Of a stretch of DNA of 57,758 nt, positions 24,722-33,576 are shown piece by piece (the stretch's first letter is position 1; each line of letters starts with the position of its first letter). The notes below the pieces were generated by a model that worked only from the letters and a program-made list of their open reading frames with translations, had not been told where the DNA came from and searched no databases. The position numbers and the translations under genes were made by a program. The DNA is from Thermoproteota archaeon (GTDB lineage: Archaea; Thermoproteota; Methanomethylicia; Methanomethylicales; JAGHCH01): NCBI GenBank assembly GCA_021160575.1, contig JAGHCH010000008.1, forward strand, positions 1-57,758. The letters are read 5' to 3'.

Positions 24722-26001
24722 AGAACTACCTTCTCTCCAAGCTTAGCTGCCATCGCTTTGAAGCCCACTTCATCGCGTATCCATGCTGCAAATTCTTTGC
24801 AAGCCTCGGCTTCTCCATGCACTGTAACTACTGTGGGGCTACCCTTGAGGGATTTCACCAGCTCATGTAGCTCCTTTCTACCGCAGTGCGACGAGAAGTC
24901 GAGCCACTCTACCCGGCACTTCACCTTCACTGGCTTTCCCTTCAACTCGTATCTGCCCTCATCTAGAAGTCTTCTGCCCGGGGTGCCGGGTATCTGGTAT
25001 GAGACAAGGATTACTGCATCCTTTGGGTTCTTGGCTACCTTTTCCATGTAGTAGGCAGCTGCACCGCCAGTGAGCATTCCAGCGGGGGAGACCACCACTC
25101 CTGGACGTTTCCTTACTTTTTCTCTATCTTTGCCCCCTGTAACGAAGTGGGCTTTCTTTACTGCTCTGCGAAGCAGCTCGGGGTCTCTGATTTCCTTTGG
25201 GTGCTGGATCAAGATCTTGCTGGCAATTCTAGCCATTCCATCCACTGCCACCGGGTATTCGAAGCCGTGAGCTTCAAGAATGCAGAGGATCTCTTGTGAT
25301 CGACCTACAGAAAATGCGGGTACAAGGGCTAGCCCTCCTCCATCAACCACATCGCTTAAGACCTCTATCAGCTTGCGCTCATTTTCCATTCTATCGGGGT
25401 GGTCTGTGAGGGCATAGGTGCTTTCGATTATTGCTAGGTCTACCTCGGGAAGGCCTTCAAGGGAGGCTCCAGTGAGGAGTCGGGTGTCAATGGTGTTGAT
25501 GTCCCCTGAATACCAGATGTATCGTCCCCCTATTTCCACGAGCACTGAGAGGCTTCCAGGGATGTGTCCGGCTCTGAAGAAGGTGATGGTTGCATCCTTC
25601 ACCTTTACCGTCTTCTCGGCTTTGACTTTCCTCGTGTTGTCGAGCATAGTTACAAGCTCTAGGACTTCGAAGGGAAGATAGTAGTGGGAGAGGTTGAGGA
25701 GGTCGCGGATCAAGATGTCTGAGAGCTGCTTTGTGAGAGAGGTGGTGTAGAGGGGTGGCGTGCAGGAGATGTAGAAGAAGGGAACCGCGCCGCTGTGGTC
25801 GAGGTGTGCATGTGTTACGATTATGGCGTCTATATCTCTTGGAGGCACGTGAATGGGAAGTTCTGGCTTGCCGTCACCCACCAGAACTCCATAGTCTAAG
25901 AGGAGTCGAGTGTTTCTATATGACATGAGAATGGCAGATCTACCAACTTCCCTTGCTCCGCCGAGAAAGCGAACTTCAACTTTATCCTTCATGTGCCTCA
26001 T
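24718..26001 (-). CDS. beta-CASP MBL ribonuclease (aCPSF2-type, no KH domains)
   Basis: VRFLGGAREVGRSAILM, IIVTHAHLDHSGAVP, and C-terminal beta-CASP motifs ending VVTVHGE. Confidence 0.85.
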   Translation of the reverse strand: MRHMKDKVEVRFLGGAREVGRSAILMSYRNTRLLLDYGVLVGDGKPELPIHVPPRDIDAIIVTHAHLDHSGAVPFFYISCTPPLYTTSLTKQLSDILIRDLLNLSHYYLPFEVLELVTMLDNTRKVKAEKTVKVKDATITFFRAGHIPGSLSVLVEIGGRYIWYSGDINTIDTRLLTGASLEGLPEVDLAIIESTYALTDHPDRMENERKLIEVLSDVVDGGGLALVPAFSVGRSQEILCILEAHGFEYPVAVDGMARIASKILIQHPKEIRDPELLRRAVKKAHFVTGGKDREKVRKRPGVVVSPAGMLTGGAAAYYMEKVAKNPKDAVILVSYQIPGTPGRRLLDEGRYELKGKPVKVKCRVEWLDFSSHCGRKELHELVKSLKGSPTVVTVHGEAEACKEFAAWIRDEVGFKAMAAKLGEKVVL

Positions 26002-26108
26002 CCACAGCCTTCTTCAGTAGCAGTAAATGAGGCATCATTCTTTGAGATTAATAAGGTTTTGGAGACCGCTGTGTAGGAATCTTTATCGGGTAGTGGGCGG
26101 TAGGGTTC

Positions 26109-26846
26109 GTGAGCGCTTCTGGAGGAGTCGACGTGACTGTGGAGTTCCACGTGAAAGCTGGGGATTTGAAGGGCTGCATTTTGGTAACGGGTTTTCACGG
26201 CATAGGCGCTACCGGGTATATTGCTGTGAAGCACTTGGTGAGCTCTCTCAAAGCAGAGCTCATAGGGTACATTGAAACTACGAGAACGCCGCCTTTTGTC
26301 TCGGTTGAAGAGGGGAGGCTGAATCTGCCCTTCCAGCTGTATAGGCATGGAAAGCTGGTGTTTGTGCTCACAGAGGTGCCTCCTCATCCGAGAGAGCGCA
26401 TTGAGTTTTCCAGGGCCTTGGCGAATTGGGCTATTAAAAACAGCTTTGACTCTGCATACTTGATCGGAGGGCTGGACAGTAGGCTGAGAGAGCGAGAAGA
26501 GGATCGTATGAGGTGTGCGGCTACCACCGCTTTTATGAAGCGGTGGAAGGCTGATGTAATGCTCTTGGAGAAGGGTCTTTTCGTAATAGGTCCTCTAGCT
26601 ACCATGCTGACGCACTTTGAGATCATGGGGTTCCCGGCGATAGCGCTTTTGCCTTATGCAAATCCAGCTAGACCAGACCCTCTGGCAGCAGCTGTGGCTG
26701 TAGAATACTTGAATAAAGTGTTTGGGATGAAGGTGGATGTAGATCCGCTGAAGAAGGATGCCCAAAAGATTGAGGCTGAAATTCAGGAGTTGATGAAGCG
26801 GAGGAAGGAGCGCATAGAGCCAGAGACTGGCGCACTATATCTTTAG
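26109..26846 (+). CDS. PAC2-family (proteasome assembly chaperone-like) protein
   Basis: ILVTGFHGIGATGYIAVKHL and LLPYANPARPDPLAAA patterns are typical of the archaeal PAC2/COG1938 family. Start uncertain. Confidence 0.65.
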   Translation: MSASGGVDVTVEFHVKAGDLKGCILVTGFHGIGATGYIAVKHLVSSLKAELIGYIETTRTPPFVSVEEGRLNLPFQLYRHGKLVFVLTEVPPHPRERIEFSRALANWAIKNSFDSAYLIGGLDSRLREREEDRMRCAATTAFMKRWKADVMLLEKGLFVIGPLATMLTHFEIMGFPAIALLPYANPARPDPLAAAVAVEYLNKVFGMKVDVDPLKKDAQKIEAEIQELMKRRKERIEPETGALYL

Positions 26847-27431
26847 CCTTGAAGCTCTTACCTCTCCTTTGAGGATAGACTGGAGAACAGAGTTGACTGT
26901 GAAATCATTGCAGCAAACTTCGGTGAAGGCTGCTCCTATACCTTCTACTCGATGAGCATCGCTACCTCCTACGCCGGGCTTGCCTAGAAGCTGGGCTGCT
27001 CTTTGAGCTTCACGGTTGGCATAGGATTTGGATTTTGCGTTGAGCACTTCAAGGGCATCCAAATTTAGGTCGAAGCACAGTTCCATGAGGCTGTTACGCT
27101 CTGGATCGAAGGGGTGTGCTGCTATGGTGATGCCCCCTTGCTTCTTAGCCTCATTGATGAGCTGCCAAGCATCCTTGAGAATCGGGGGGCTTCGAAGTCC
27201 TAGGATTATTATGTCGCCTTGACTGGTGGTCACCTCCACTCCAGGGATTATGAGCAAGTCCATGTGATACGCTAACCTCTCAGCTTCCTTGATTGCTGAA
27301 ACAGCATCGTGATCTGTGATGGCGGCGCCATCTAAGCTCAAATCTCTCAGAGCTGTTAAGAGCTGCCTAATGGAGATGGAACTATCTGGGGAGCATGTGG
27401 TATGCACGTGGAGGTCTAGCTTCAGCTTCAA
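26835..27431 (-). CDS. PHP-domain metal-dependent phosphoesterase (TrpH/YciV-like)
   Basis: DLHVHTTCSPDS, ITDHD, GVEV, AAHP and GGSDAH are PHP motifs I-IV. Its start overlaps the stop of the GGDEF-like gene (ATGA). Confidence 0.85.
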   Translation of the reverse strand: MKLKLDLHVHTTCSPDSSISIRQLLTALRDLSLDGAAITDHDAVSAIKEAERLAYHMDLLIIPGVEVTTSQGDIIILGLRSPPILKDAWQLINEAKKQGGITIAAHPFDPERNSLMELCFDLNLDALEVLNAKSKSYANREAQRAAQLLGKPGVGGSDAHRVEGIGAAFTEVCCNDFTVNSVLQSILKGEVRASRLKI

Positions 27432-27940
27432 AGAACTACCACCTTGTTACCTCCCATTCTCTTGGCTCTTTGAAGAGCTCGAAAAGCTAGTAAGCGGAGA
27501 GGGGTTGCTCGATAGGCATCTCTCCTCTTAGCTGGCTTGGAGGTGCCTATAGCTCCAAAGGCCACCCCGATGCTGACTGTAGCGCCGCTGCCTGTCTGCA
27601 GGCCTATTTCTTCAATGCGTTTTCTGATTTTTCCGAGGTCTTCTAGAAGGGCTTCCTCATCTACTGAGGGGAACTCCAACACCGCTTCCTCGGTGCCCCT
27701 CTCTTCATCTAAGCCGTGGATCACCGCTCCGAAATGCTTTGAGATTAGTTCTTTGACAAGCATGGTAAGTTCGGAAGTCACCGGGTTTGGTGTGTACTCA
27801 GACCAGCCTGTTTCCCTGACTATTTCCTTGAACCTATCTAAGTCGATGATTACTACTGCCCCTCTAACTGCCTTACTAGGCTCCATAAAGCTGAAACCAC
27901 TTCCTCTGCGAGCTCGTTTGGGGATTTGGCTTCCCGCCAT
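27428..27940 (-). CDS. stand-alone GGDEF / Cas10-palm-like nucleotide cyclase-polymerase domain protein
   Basis: AVVIIDLDRFKEIV aligns with lDiDhFKxiND; IHGLDEERGTEEAVLEF with the GGDEF/GGEEF position; ATVSIGVAF with vTiSiGva; LLAFRALQRAKRMGGNKVVV with AdxALYxAKxxGRNxv. ATG 27886 (MEPSKAV...) is an alternative start. Either start overlaps the tgtA 3' end. Confidence 0.65.
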   Translation of the reverse strand: MAGSQIPKRARRGSGFSFMEPSKAVRGAVVIIDLDRFKEIVRETGWSEYTPNPVTSELTMLVKELISKHFGAVIHGLDEERGTEEAVLEFPSVDEEALLEDLGKIRKRIEEIGLQTGSGATVSIGVAFGAIGTSKPAKRRDAYRATPLRLLAFRALQRAKRMGGNKVVVL

Positions 27941-29472
27941 TCTATGAATAGTAAAGGTTTGGGAATAGAGTGTTCTATCAGCTGGAGGAGCTCTCGTGGA
28001 CTGCAGAGAACTGTGGCCTTGTAACGGTGCTTTTTGATGATTGAGAGGAGCCCTCTCGCCATGAGCTGAAGGGAGCGCTTAGAAGTGGGTTCAATGCACG
28101 ACTCGTGCTGAGATAGCGGATATACCTCATCTAGCTCCTCTGGAATTACTCCAAAGGCTGAACTGAGAAATACTACGTGCAATGTTTTCTCAAGTTTTTT
28201 GGGAAGCTTGCTGGCGAGTATTGCCTTGTAGAGGGGACCTTGATGCAGGGGCTTTTGCGGGGATTCAGGAAGAATGAGGAGTATTTCCTTTGGAGGAGGA
28301 AGGTAGCGCTCCTCAAGTCTAGATAAGTGCCTCTCCACCTCTGGTCTGTTGAGTGACGTTTCATCGAAGAAGAAGATGCCTCGCGGAGAGCCTCTCGTTA
28401 CAGGGTCAAACTTCTCGAGGTACTTTGTGTACTTGCCTAGCCGCTTAAATGCTTGGTAGAGCAGTGGATGAGATCGGCATTTCTCCTCTAAGTATTCCCA
28501 GAGGGTGCCCTCTTGGATTCTCTGCTTTATTGCCCGGATTTCCATGGCAGTTATGTAGAGGTTGTGTCGAGCAATGAGCTTCTCTCGCTCTTCTTTGGGG
28601 AGTTCCTTAAGTTCCTCGGCAGTGGTTTTTCTACATACTGGACAGCTGCAGGGAAGTTCGTGGAGGTGCTCGATTTTCACCGTTCGTGTTGGGAGCATGT
28701 AGCGATTATCTCTGGCGAAGATGGCGTAGGCTGCTGAGTCAAAGAGGTCGCAGCCAAGTGCTACGGCTAGGGGGAGGATCATGGGATGCCCAGCGCCAAA
28801 GAGGTGTAGAGGGCGATTTAGAGGGAGATTCAGACGGGCGGTAACTATCATGTCGACTAGCTGAGGATAATCGTACTGCTCCATTATCTGCGTAGGGCTC
28901 CCCAGTGCGTGAATATGGAAGTCCATAGAGCCTATTTTGCGGGCGCAGTAGGCTAGGAGATCGAGGTAGGTTCCACCTTGAATTGGCCCAACCCACAGTA
29001 TGGATGGATCGCTACGCAGAGATAGACTCTCTTCAGCGCGCCTCAAGGTTTCTCTCACAGTTTCCTCAGCTCTTGCGCGCGTGGCTTCACCTCCAGTGGG
29101 CACGTCTAAAATTACCGCGATATCACTACCCATGGATTCTTGAAGCCAGATTACCTCTTCAGGGGCGATCTCAACATCGCCATATAAGAGGAGCTGATAA
29201 GCGCCAGAATCCGTCATTATGGGACCCTTAAACCCTAGTAGGTGGTGCACCTCAACGTTGACCGGAAAGTGCTTTTTAATCAAGTATGCATTAGTTATGA
29301 GAGCCTCAAACCCGTATTCCTCGGAGATTTCCTTCGGAGGAATGGTGATCTTAACGGGATTGACAACTGGGAGAAGAGCAGGAGTTTGTATCACCCCCCT
29401 TCTAGTTTCAAGTTCTCCTATTTTCCCAGCTAGGTCTTTTTCGATGACCTCAAACACCAAGAGCGGGAACAC
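27853..29472 (-). CDS. tgtA: archaeosine tRNA-guanine transglycosylase (ArcTGT)
   Basis: GKIGELETRRGVIQTPALLPVVNP, MTDSGAYQ, GLGSP-like core, and Zn site CSCPVCRK. Confidence 0.85.
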   Translation of the reverse strand: MFPLLVFEVIEKDLAGKIGELETRRGVIQTPALLPVVNPVKITIPPKEISEEYGFEALITNAYLIKKHFPVNVEVHHLLGFKGPIMTDSGAYQLLLYGDVEIAPEEVIWLQESMGSDIAVILDVPTGGEATRARAEETVRETLRRAEESLSLRSDPSILWVGPIQGGTYLDLLAYCARKIGSMDFHIHALGSPTQIMEQYDYPQLVDMIVTARLNLPLNRPLHLFGAGHPMILPLAVALGCDLFDSAAYAIFARDNRYMLPTRTVKIEHLHELPCSCPVCRKTTAEELKELPKEEREKLIARHNLYITAMEIRAIKQRIQEGTLWEYLEEKCRSHPLLYQAFKRLGKYTKYLEKFDPVTRGSPRGIFFFDETSLNRPEVERHLSRLEERYLPPPKEILLILPESPQKPLHQGPLYKAILASKLPKKLEKTLHVVFLSSAFGVIPEELDEVYPLSQHESCIEPTSKRSLQLMARGLLSIIKKHRYKATVLCSPRELLQLIEHSIPKPLLFIEWREAKSPNELAEEVVSALWSLVRQLEGQ

Positions 29473-29490
29473 CCCAAAGAAAGAGGGAAA

Positions 29491-29937
29491 TTAAGGGAAC
29501 CGCGCAGCTTTTTTCTCGGCAACGAATTGATCGTAGATTCTCTTCACCCTTTCGTACATGGGTCCGGTACCTTCAACTCCTTGCGGTGTCACCTTGATGC
29601 GATCCATGACTGTGATGAGATTGGCTTCCTCGTACACCTTAACTAGATTTGGAAAGACCTTTTCAAGCCTCTCCGCCAATCCTTGCAGATCAAAGGGCTC
29701 TTCTTCGAGAATGATCTCAGATACAGCTTCACCCCGCACGATAACGCGTGGGTGATGCTCCCCGGTGCTCGCTTCGACGTCGGCTAAGCATAGGCTTAGA
29801 GATACGGGGTCATAACCGAGAAGCCTCCCTCTAAAAACTTTGTCTCTAACTGTTGTGACCGCCACGCGTTTACCAAGGAGTAGTGAGAGTTCTGAGAGGA
29901 AACGCTTGCTAGCACTTGTTGAGCTCAACGAACTCAA
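29491..29937 (-). CDS. Sm-like archaeal protein with C-terminal extension domain (SmAP3-type)
   Basis: LLGKRVAVTTVRDKVFRGRLLGYDPVSLSLCLADVE (Sm1) and VIVRGEAVSEI (Sm2), plus an extra domain of about 70 aa. Confidence 0.7.
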   Translation of the reverse strand: MSSLSSTSASKRFLSELSLLLGKRVAVTTVRDKVFRGRLLGYDPVSLSLCLADVEASTGEHHPRVIVRGEAVSEIILEEEPFDLQGLAERLEKVFPNLVKVYEEANLITVMDRIKVTPQGVEGTGPMYERVKRIYDQFVAEKKAARFP

Positions 29938-30043
29938 TGCGCCACACCTTCACGTGCTTTTCAGCGGGGATTATCTAAGGCGTTCTAGCAAAAAAGGATT
30001 TATGTCTATGCGAAGTGGTGGATGTAGGCGTGGTGAAGTAGAG

Positions 30044-30397
30044 ATGCTCGAAGTTCTAGTTACGGTGAAGCGAGTTGAGCCCATACCCCCTCCAGGGGTT
30101 GCTAAGCTGACGGTAGAAGATGAAGATGGTGTTGAGAGAGGGACCTTGGAAATCCCTGTCAACATTTTCAGAGCAGAGGCTGGAGAGGTTATGAAGCTGA
30201 CCTTAGATGAAGAAGAACCGAAGGGGCTGTCAGAGAAAGCTCTCGTTATGCGGGGAGACGTCTTCAAGTTAAGGGAGGAGGAAAGAGGAATTAGAGCCTA
30301 CATTTCTTGCGGTGGGTTTCAGCAGAGGATACTTTTCACAAAAGAAAAACCTCCAAAGCCCTTCCAAGAAGTTTACGTTGCCCTTGAAAAACCGTGA
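30044..30397 (+). CDS. rpoG: RNA polymerase subunit Rpo8 (RpoG)
   Basis: C-terminus ALVMRGDVFKLREEERGIRAYISCGGFQQRILF parallels Rpb8 YVMYGKVYRIE...SAYVSYGGLLMRLQG. ATG 30044 lies downstream of the TATA-like AAAAAGGATTTAT at about 29989-30001. The long ORF-track N-terminus (from 29840) is antisense to the Sm gene. Confidence 0.65.
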   Translation: MLEVLVTVKRVEPIPPPGVAKLTVEDEDGVERGTLEIPVNIFRAEAGEVMKLTLDEEEPKGLSEKALVMRGDVFKLREEERGIRAYISCGGFQQRILFTKEKPPKPFQEVYVALEKP

Positions 30398-30575
30398 TGG
30401 AACACTTTCACTTATCTCTGAGACTCTACTACTGTTGGAAGTATTCAGACCCTAACGAGTTGACCGCAGCTCGATATTTCCGAAGGAAAGGAGAGTATGA
30501 GGAGAATCAATAAAGTTTATCTTACCAACTGCAAGCGCCACCCCCGGAGCCCCCTTCAGTGGAGATGTTTCGGGG

Positions 30576-31580
30576 GTGGCATGGTTGGAGGAAACTTCTG
30601 TATGCAGTGAGTGTGGAGGAAGAATCGTAGTTGCTCCATCAGGAGAAAGGGTGTGTAGTTGCTGCGGCTTAGTTTACCCTCAAGACAACCTTGAGTTCTT
30701 AGGGTATGTTGAGCGCTATCACGGTGACGTGGATCCCGAGACATTTCTCCCTATGAGTGTAAGGGGACAGAACCCTCTAGGCACTTTGATAGGGCTTCCT
30801 GGAAAGTTCCTTTTCACAGATGCTTCAGGAAGGAGATTGAATCCAAGGTTGCAAGCGCTTTTTAGGAAGCTAAAAATTCTTCACGAGTACTCCCCCGGCC
30901 TCACTAAGCTTGAAGGGAGAAGGCGCGCGCTACGGCTTCTGCGTAAAGTCGTGGGAATTTTGAAGCTAACCCCCGAGATTTGTCAAGATGCTATGAGGAT
31001 CTATGATCAACTTCTTAACAGTATGCCCTCAACTAGCTATGTAATTCTTGCAGCTACAAGCCTCCTCTTAGCATGCAGAATTAAGGGTAGTAAAGCCCCA
31101 GTTACGCTTCAAGAGGTAGCTGAAACACTACATGTTCTCGGACATCGAGTAGCCCCACGTACCATAGTTAAGATGGCAGCCCTCGCCATCTCTCGAGGAA
31201 TTGTCAATGCGCCTAGCATGAGGCGCAGCGAGGACTATGTGGATAAAATGGTGAAGCAGCTAGCTGAATCGCCCATGTTGCTCTTGAGGATGTCTAAAGC
31301 TGGCGTGAGATCCAATGGCTACTTGAATGAATTGAAGAAGACAGCACTCCAGCTTCTAGCGAAGGCACCAGAGAGGGCAAAGAGCGGCAAAAATCCATAC
31401 ACTTTAGCAGCTTCAGCTATTTATGCTGCAGATAGGGTTTTAGCACAAAGAAGCGGAAGGGAGCCTGTAATTACACAAGCGCTTCTTTCAAAGACTTTGA
31501 AAATTGCGGAGTACACGTTGAGAGAGCACTGGGTAAAGATTTTTAGCCAAACTGCCGCTGAGCTAGCTGAAGATCGATAG
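30576..31580 (+). CDS. tfb: transcription initiation factor TFB paralogue with divergent B-reader
   Basis: Zn ribbon CSECGG...CSCCG and two cyclin-fold repeats (ALRLLRKVVGILKLTPEICQDAMRIYDQ...; NPYTLAASAIYAA...). The GPEWRAF B-reader motif expected after the ribbon is absent. Confidence 0.75.
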   Translation: MAWLEETSVCSECGGRIVVAPSGERVCSCCGLVYPQDNLEFLGYVERYHGDVDPETFLPMSVRGQNPLGTLIGLPGKFLFTDASGRRLNPRLQALFRKLKILHEYSPGLTKLEGRRRALRLLRKVVGILKLTPEICQDAMRIYDQLLNSMPSTSYVILAATSLLLACRIKGSKAPVTLQEVAETLHVLGHRVAPRTIVKMAALAISRGIVNAPSMRRSEDYVDKMVKQLAESPMLLLRMSKAGVRSNGYLNELKKTALQLLAKAPERAKSGKNPYTLAASAIYAADRVLAQRSGREPVITQALLSKTLKIAEYTLREHWVKIFSQTAAELAEDR

Positions 31581-32436
31581 CTAGAAGTTTTTCAAAGGTT
31601 ACGTGAGGTATAGGGTACACCTGGTTCATTAAGGAGCTGGCGTAATGGAGATCCTTCACCGTGATATCTAAAAGAACGAAGCAGGTGTTGCCAATTACAC
31701 CAGCAGTCCTCACGCTGAGATTTATATGCAAATCTTGAACGCAACTATTGAGACTTGAGGACGCCTCACGAGCTAGAGTTCTAGCTAAAGAGCTTACGCT
31801 TCGCGAATCTATGGAAGCGTTTTCCACGAGTGCTTGTCGAGCTAACAGCGTACACAGCTTTCCCTTAAAGAGGTTGACAGCCCGCTTCGCCAGAGCTTCC
31901 GCGGCGTAATACCGGAAGGGATGGTGAATGATCAGTGTGAACGCTTTAGAAAGGCTTGGAGAAGGAGTTGCGCCCAAGCTCTCAGTACGAAGAAAACCAC
32001 GCACCACAATCTCTATGGAACCATTCTCGGGATGAACTCCCAGCAGTCTATCCATATTGCTAAGTCCGCGCGTAGAGGGCCCGATATTAATAGAGATTAC
32101 TACTGCCTTACAGCGCACACCATCCTTTACAATACTTGTAGAAAACCCAGACGAGGGGATTCTGAGAAATTGGGCGTGTGCAGTTAAGTAGAAGGGTCGT
32201 GTGAGCTGCGATGAAATTTCAAAAAGTATCTGCCTAGACAGCTCAATGAGACAGTTCTCAGATCTCAAGTACATATCAGATAGGGAGAGATACTGCTGAG
32301 TAGCTTGCATAGCCGAGCTGTCAGGAGAGAAAAGGCTGAGGAAGGAGAGGAGTGTGGTTGAACATAGGAGGAGAGCAACCGCTGTGTAAAAGATTCCCTT
32401 GCATTGATTAGCTTTCGATAGCAGCCTCGCTAACAT
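31543..32436 (-). CDS. prepilin-like protein (class III signal peptide-like N-terminus)
   Basis: N-terminus MLARLLSKANQCKG/IFYTAVALLLCSTTLLSFLSLF, then a Ser/Thr-rich extracellular-looking domain of about 260 aa. Overlaps the upstream pilin-like gene by 29 nt. Confidence 0.5.
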   Translation of the reverse strand: MLARLLSKANQCKGIFYTAVALLLCSTTLLSFLSLFSPDSSAMQATQQYLSLSDMYLRSENCLIELSRQILFEISSQLTRPFYLTAHAQFLRIPSSGFSTSIVKDGVRCKAVVISINIGPSTRGLSNMDRLLGVHPENGSIEIVVRGFLRTESLGATPSPSLSKAFTLIIHHPFRYYAAEALAKRAVNLFKGKLCTLLARQALVENASIDSRSVSSLARTLAREASSSLNSCVQDLHINLSVRTAGVIGNTCFVLLDITVKDLHYASSLMNQVYPIPHVTFEKLLAIDLQLAQRQFG

Positions 32437-32839
32437 AACACGTCACTTCAACGAGACCCTCTTTTGTTGAAAAAGTCATGGAGGCAGAGGCAAGGACTTC
32501 TGAACTTTGAAGACTGCCCCACTCACACATAACTGTTTTACCAACCTTCAAGGCCAGCACTACCCCCCGGGGAGGAGGATTCTTCTCCAAGAAGTTAGAG
32601 AGTATTTTTTTGAACTGATAGGGATTTTCAATTAAGGCTAAATGTCCGGCTTCCTCTATAACTTTGAGTAGATAGGCTTCTCCTACTTTTTGAGCTGCAC
32701 ATCTCTCAACTTGATAGGGAAGCGAATTACCATCGCTAAAGAGCAACGCGGAGTAATGGAGTGCTATTGCTATAGAAACTGTGAGGAGGATAATGGTAGC
32801 TGCCGCGTCTATAAGGGCGATGCTTCCATGCGAATTCAC
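32408..32839 (-). CDS. prepilin-like protein
   Basis: MNSHG/SIALIDAAATIILLTVSIAIAL has a short charged leader, a Gly, then a hydrophobic helix of about 22 aa. Confidence 0.55.
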   Translation of the reverse strand: MNSHGSIALIDAAATIILLTVSIAIALHYSALLFSDGNSLPYQVERCAAQKVGEAYLLKVIEEAGHLALIENPYQFKKILSNFLEKNPPPRGVVLALKVGKTVMCEWGSLQSSEVLASASMTFSTKEGLVEVTCYVSEAAIES

Positions 32840-32968
32840 AAGTTCACCCTCCTACTAGTTCTCGAAGAAGACGCAGTAATTGTTCAAGCTGCGAGGAAAG
32901 TAGGTGGTGCAGAAGAAAACTAAGGTACATTGCAACAGTTAGAAGCGGGATATGTAGAAACTGCTTTA

Positions 32969-33331
32969 TCACTTAAGAAGCACCACCTTCAATGTGCTAT
33001 TGGAGTAGAATACTTTATACCAACCTCCTGGTTCAAGGAAATATGGGGCTACCTTCATGGATAAAGGAGCGCTCAAGCTACGTATTGTGAGCGAGTTTCC
33101 TTGAAGTTTTATAGGAGAGTCTAAATGTCTCGGGATGAAGATAACTACCTCATAGCCTTTAGCAGCCAGCTGTAAAGCTTTCTTAACTAGGAGGAGGCTA
33201 GAAAGATCATTTATTTGCTCTATTTCTGCATTCATAGCTGTCAGCTCGAAGTTGGCGACATAGAAGAATACTAGAGCCAACACTGCTAAGCTTGCTAGCT
33301 CTAAGGCTTCAGCTACAGTACGGTGAGGCAA
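32969..33331 (-). CDS. pilin-like / N-terminally anchored small protein
   Basis: MPHRTVAEALELASLAVLALVFFYV N-terminal helix. First gene of the leftward unit, divergent from the ATPase operon. No canonical G/A cleavage residue. Confidence 0.4.
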   Translation of the reverse strand: MPHRTVAEALELASLAVLALVFFYVANFELTAMNAEIEQINDLSSLLLVKKALQLAAKGYEVVIFIPRHLDSPIKLQGNSLTIRSLSAPLSMKVAPYFLEPGGWYKVFYSNSTLKVVLLK

Positions 33332-33393
33332 GAGAGCCCCTCAGAAAGGGGAGCACGATTTAAAACCTCTCTACCTTTTCAAGGGAGCCGATC

Positions 33394-33576
33394 GTGGAAG
33401 AGCTCAGAAGGAGAGTTCAGGTGCTCGAAGAGAAGGTGCTAGCCCTTCAAGATGAACTCACTCAACTTGAGTACGCCATGGAAGTGGTCTATGAAATTCT
33501 TGAAGTGAAATCTTACAAGCATTTGAGAGCCCATAGATTGGGTGAAGGAGATGTTCTTGAAGCGGTTGGGCATTGA
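33394..33576 (+). CDS. small coiled-coil protein (first gene of the rightward pilus operon)
   Basis: 60-aa heptad-like LRRRVQVLEEKVLALQDELTQLEYAMEVV. GTG start. Overlaps the ATPase start. Confidence 0.35.
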   Translation: MEELRRRVQVLEEKVLALQDELTQLEYAMEVVYEILEVKSYKHLRAHRLGEGDVLEAVGH

